Assembly (NCBI GenBank): GCA_051294905.1
Contig: CM119371.1
Span: forward strand, 19,532,001-19,596,000
Direction of reading: 5' to 3'
Source: Botryllus schlosseri
Taxonomy: Eukaryota
DNA: 64,000 nt
The position numbers and the translations under genes are program-made. The notes under the pieces were generated by a model. That model saw nothing but the letters and a program-made list of their open reading frames with translations. It ran no database searches and was not told the origin of the DNA. Positions 62,501 to 64,000 of this stretch are shown in pieces. The number at the start of each line of letters is the position of its first letter. Position 1 is the stretch's first letter.

Positions 62501-64000
62501 CACAAGTATCGATATAAAATATGTGCTTGCGTCTTCTCACTTTCCCGATGTGCAAAATCATGCGCCAAATGTTGATACGATATCTACATGTGATCACCTG
62601 AGACACATAAACATACCGGTCGCCGATACGAATGATGTAGACCTGGTCCTAGGAAAAGATTTCCTAATGCAATACCCAAATACGGACGTCATTAAGCCTC
62701 AGAATGGATTGCCCGGTGCTGAGCGTTCGGTTTTCGGTTGGTCTCTTGCTGGCGCTGACCGCACCCTTGTCAAATCTGGCTTTAAGCCCAATAGTGTGAA
62801 TTTTATCGATATCAATTTTGTGCATGCCGAAAAACCCTTGTTTGACCGATTTGATTCGCCAAAATTGCCAATGTGTTCTAGTTGTAACGCTGATTTTTCG
62901 GACGTTTGGGTTGACCCCTACGAGTCGCAAAACTCGATCGAAGACGAACAAGCGCTGTCCATTATGAAAGAATCCGCGCACATATTGAACGGCCGGTTCC
63001 GAGTTGCTCTGCCATGGAGAACAAAAGAGGTGAAACTTCCGTATAATCGCGAAGCTGCCGAGAAATCGCTCGAAAATCAACGCTCGAGATTCAAGAAAGA
63101 TCCAGAGTTCTTTCGAAAGTATAAAGAAAAAATTGACGAATACTTGTCTCGAGGCTACGCGCAAGTGGTCCCGCCCGACTTACTTCCTTCATCTGAAAGG
63201 ACTTTCTATCTCATCCATTTCCATACCCGACAGCAGAAGATGCGAATTGTCTTTGATGCTAGCCGCAAATTCTCGGGCATCAGCCTGAATAGCCAACTGC
63301 TCAGTGGGCCCGACGTCAACTCCTCTCTAATTGGAGTCCTATGCCGTTTTCGTATGGGCAGGTACGCTTGGGTCGCCGACCTGGCTCAGATGTTCTCAAG
63401 AATTCAGACCTATCCAGGAGACTCGGATAGCTTACGTTTCCTCTGGTTCGAAGACAGCAGACTGGATGGAAAAGCGATCGATTATCAGATGACGTCTCAC
63501 GTTTTTGGAAGCACGTCTTCACCTTGCATTGCTCAATTCTGTCTTCGTCAAATTGCTATGTTAAACGGCACCAGCGCCGACAAGCCTACGCTCGACTGTA
63601 TCTTACGTAACACATATGTAGATGACATACTTCATTCATCAGATGACCTCGGAGCTTCGATCGCGATCATCGAGCAGCTACGAACGCTTTTCGCTCATTA
63701 CGGTTTCAACCTCACGAAATTCGCCAGCGGCAGGAGCGAGATCATGTCGCGGATCCCCCAAGATGCCCGCGCTGCCAACCTGGTTGATCTCGACTTCACG
63801 AATTCCAGTGACGAACGTACATTGGGAGTTATCTGGGACATGACAGAAGACTCGCTTCGCGCCCGGACTAACATCAAACCCAAGCCTTTTACACGAAGAG
63901 GCATCGCAAGCCAAATCGCTCAGATCTACACTCCGTTTGGATATCTGAGCCCGTTCCTGTTACCGGCACGGCTGCTCCTGCAAGAAATATCTCGTGATGA
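59557..64000 (+). pseudogene. BEL/Pao gag-pol polyprotein with a frameshift (~61280) and an in-frame TAA (61746-61748)
   Basis: ORF 59557-61338 shifts into the 61290 frame; after the TAA the same frame carries the knuckle, protease and YVDD (63615) motifs to the window end. Confidence 0.85.
60592..61066 (+). repeat. Coding tandem repeat, 7 full units plus a partial, 63/66 bp, in BEL gag
   Basis: DLIPRSRG(Q/HA/RA/NA)(S/A)(A/S)DIRNVPNAHN repeated. Confidence 0.95.

Larger units (their letters stand above)
59129..64000 (+). mobile_element. BEL/Pao LTR retrotransposon (5' part, truncated by the window edge)
   Basis: Putative 5' LTR; DUF1759-like gag (FDGNPLDYYRF), three Cys/His knuckles, FLDPG protease, Pao-type RT (ADLAQMF, LRFLW, FGSTSSP, YVDD), start of Pao RNase H (TRRGIASQIAQIYTPFG). 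Confidence 0.95.

Noticed and set aside
61335..63164. Long minus-strand ORFs 61335-62048 and 62664-63164
   Set aside because: Antisense shadows of the BEL polyprotein

Overview
AT-rich, transposon-dense animal genomic DNA with GT-AG introns. An invertebrate such as an ascidian is plausible but is only an inference. The host content is a minus-strand tandem cluster of four paralogous three-exon genes (G1 1796-3802, G2 22812-25041, G3 30508-32331, G4 49274-51879). The ORF track shows these only in fragments. They encode small secreted, basic proteins with an IGFBP-type (IB) domain (CGCCxxC split by a phase-2 intron), a variable loop and an extra CKFPG(L/F)(V/L)C C-terminal exon, giving 15 conserved mature cysteines. 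G1 has TGA in place of its first mature Cys. The spacers appear to hold several badly decayed alpha-1,6-fucosyltransferase (FUT8/GT23)-like relics on both strands. A three-level nest sits upstream of G1: a hAT MITE contains a full-length Gypsy LTR retrotransposon, which contains a piggyBac-like insert. The Gypsy has a tRNA-Trp PBS, non-TG/CA LTR ends and a UGA-CUA gag-pol junction. Other mobile DNA includes an EnSpm/CACTA-like element, a Penelope 3' fragment with a degenerate hammerhead, tRNA-derived SINEs, many MITEs, a ~148-bp minisatellite, and a BEL/Pao element running off the right end. All calls were made by eye and no searches were run.
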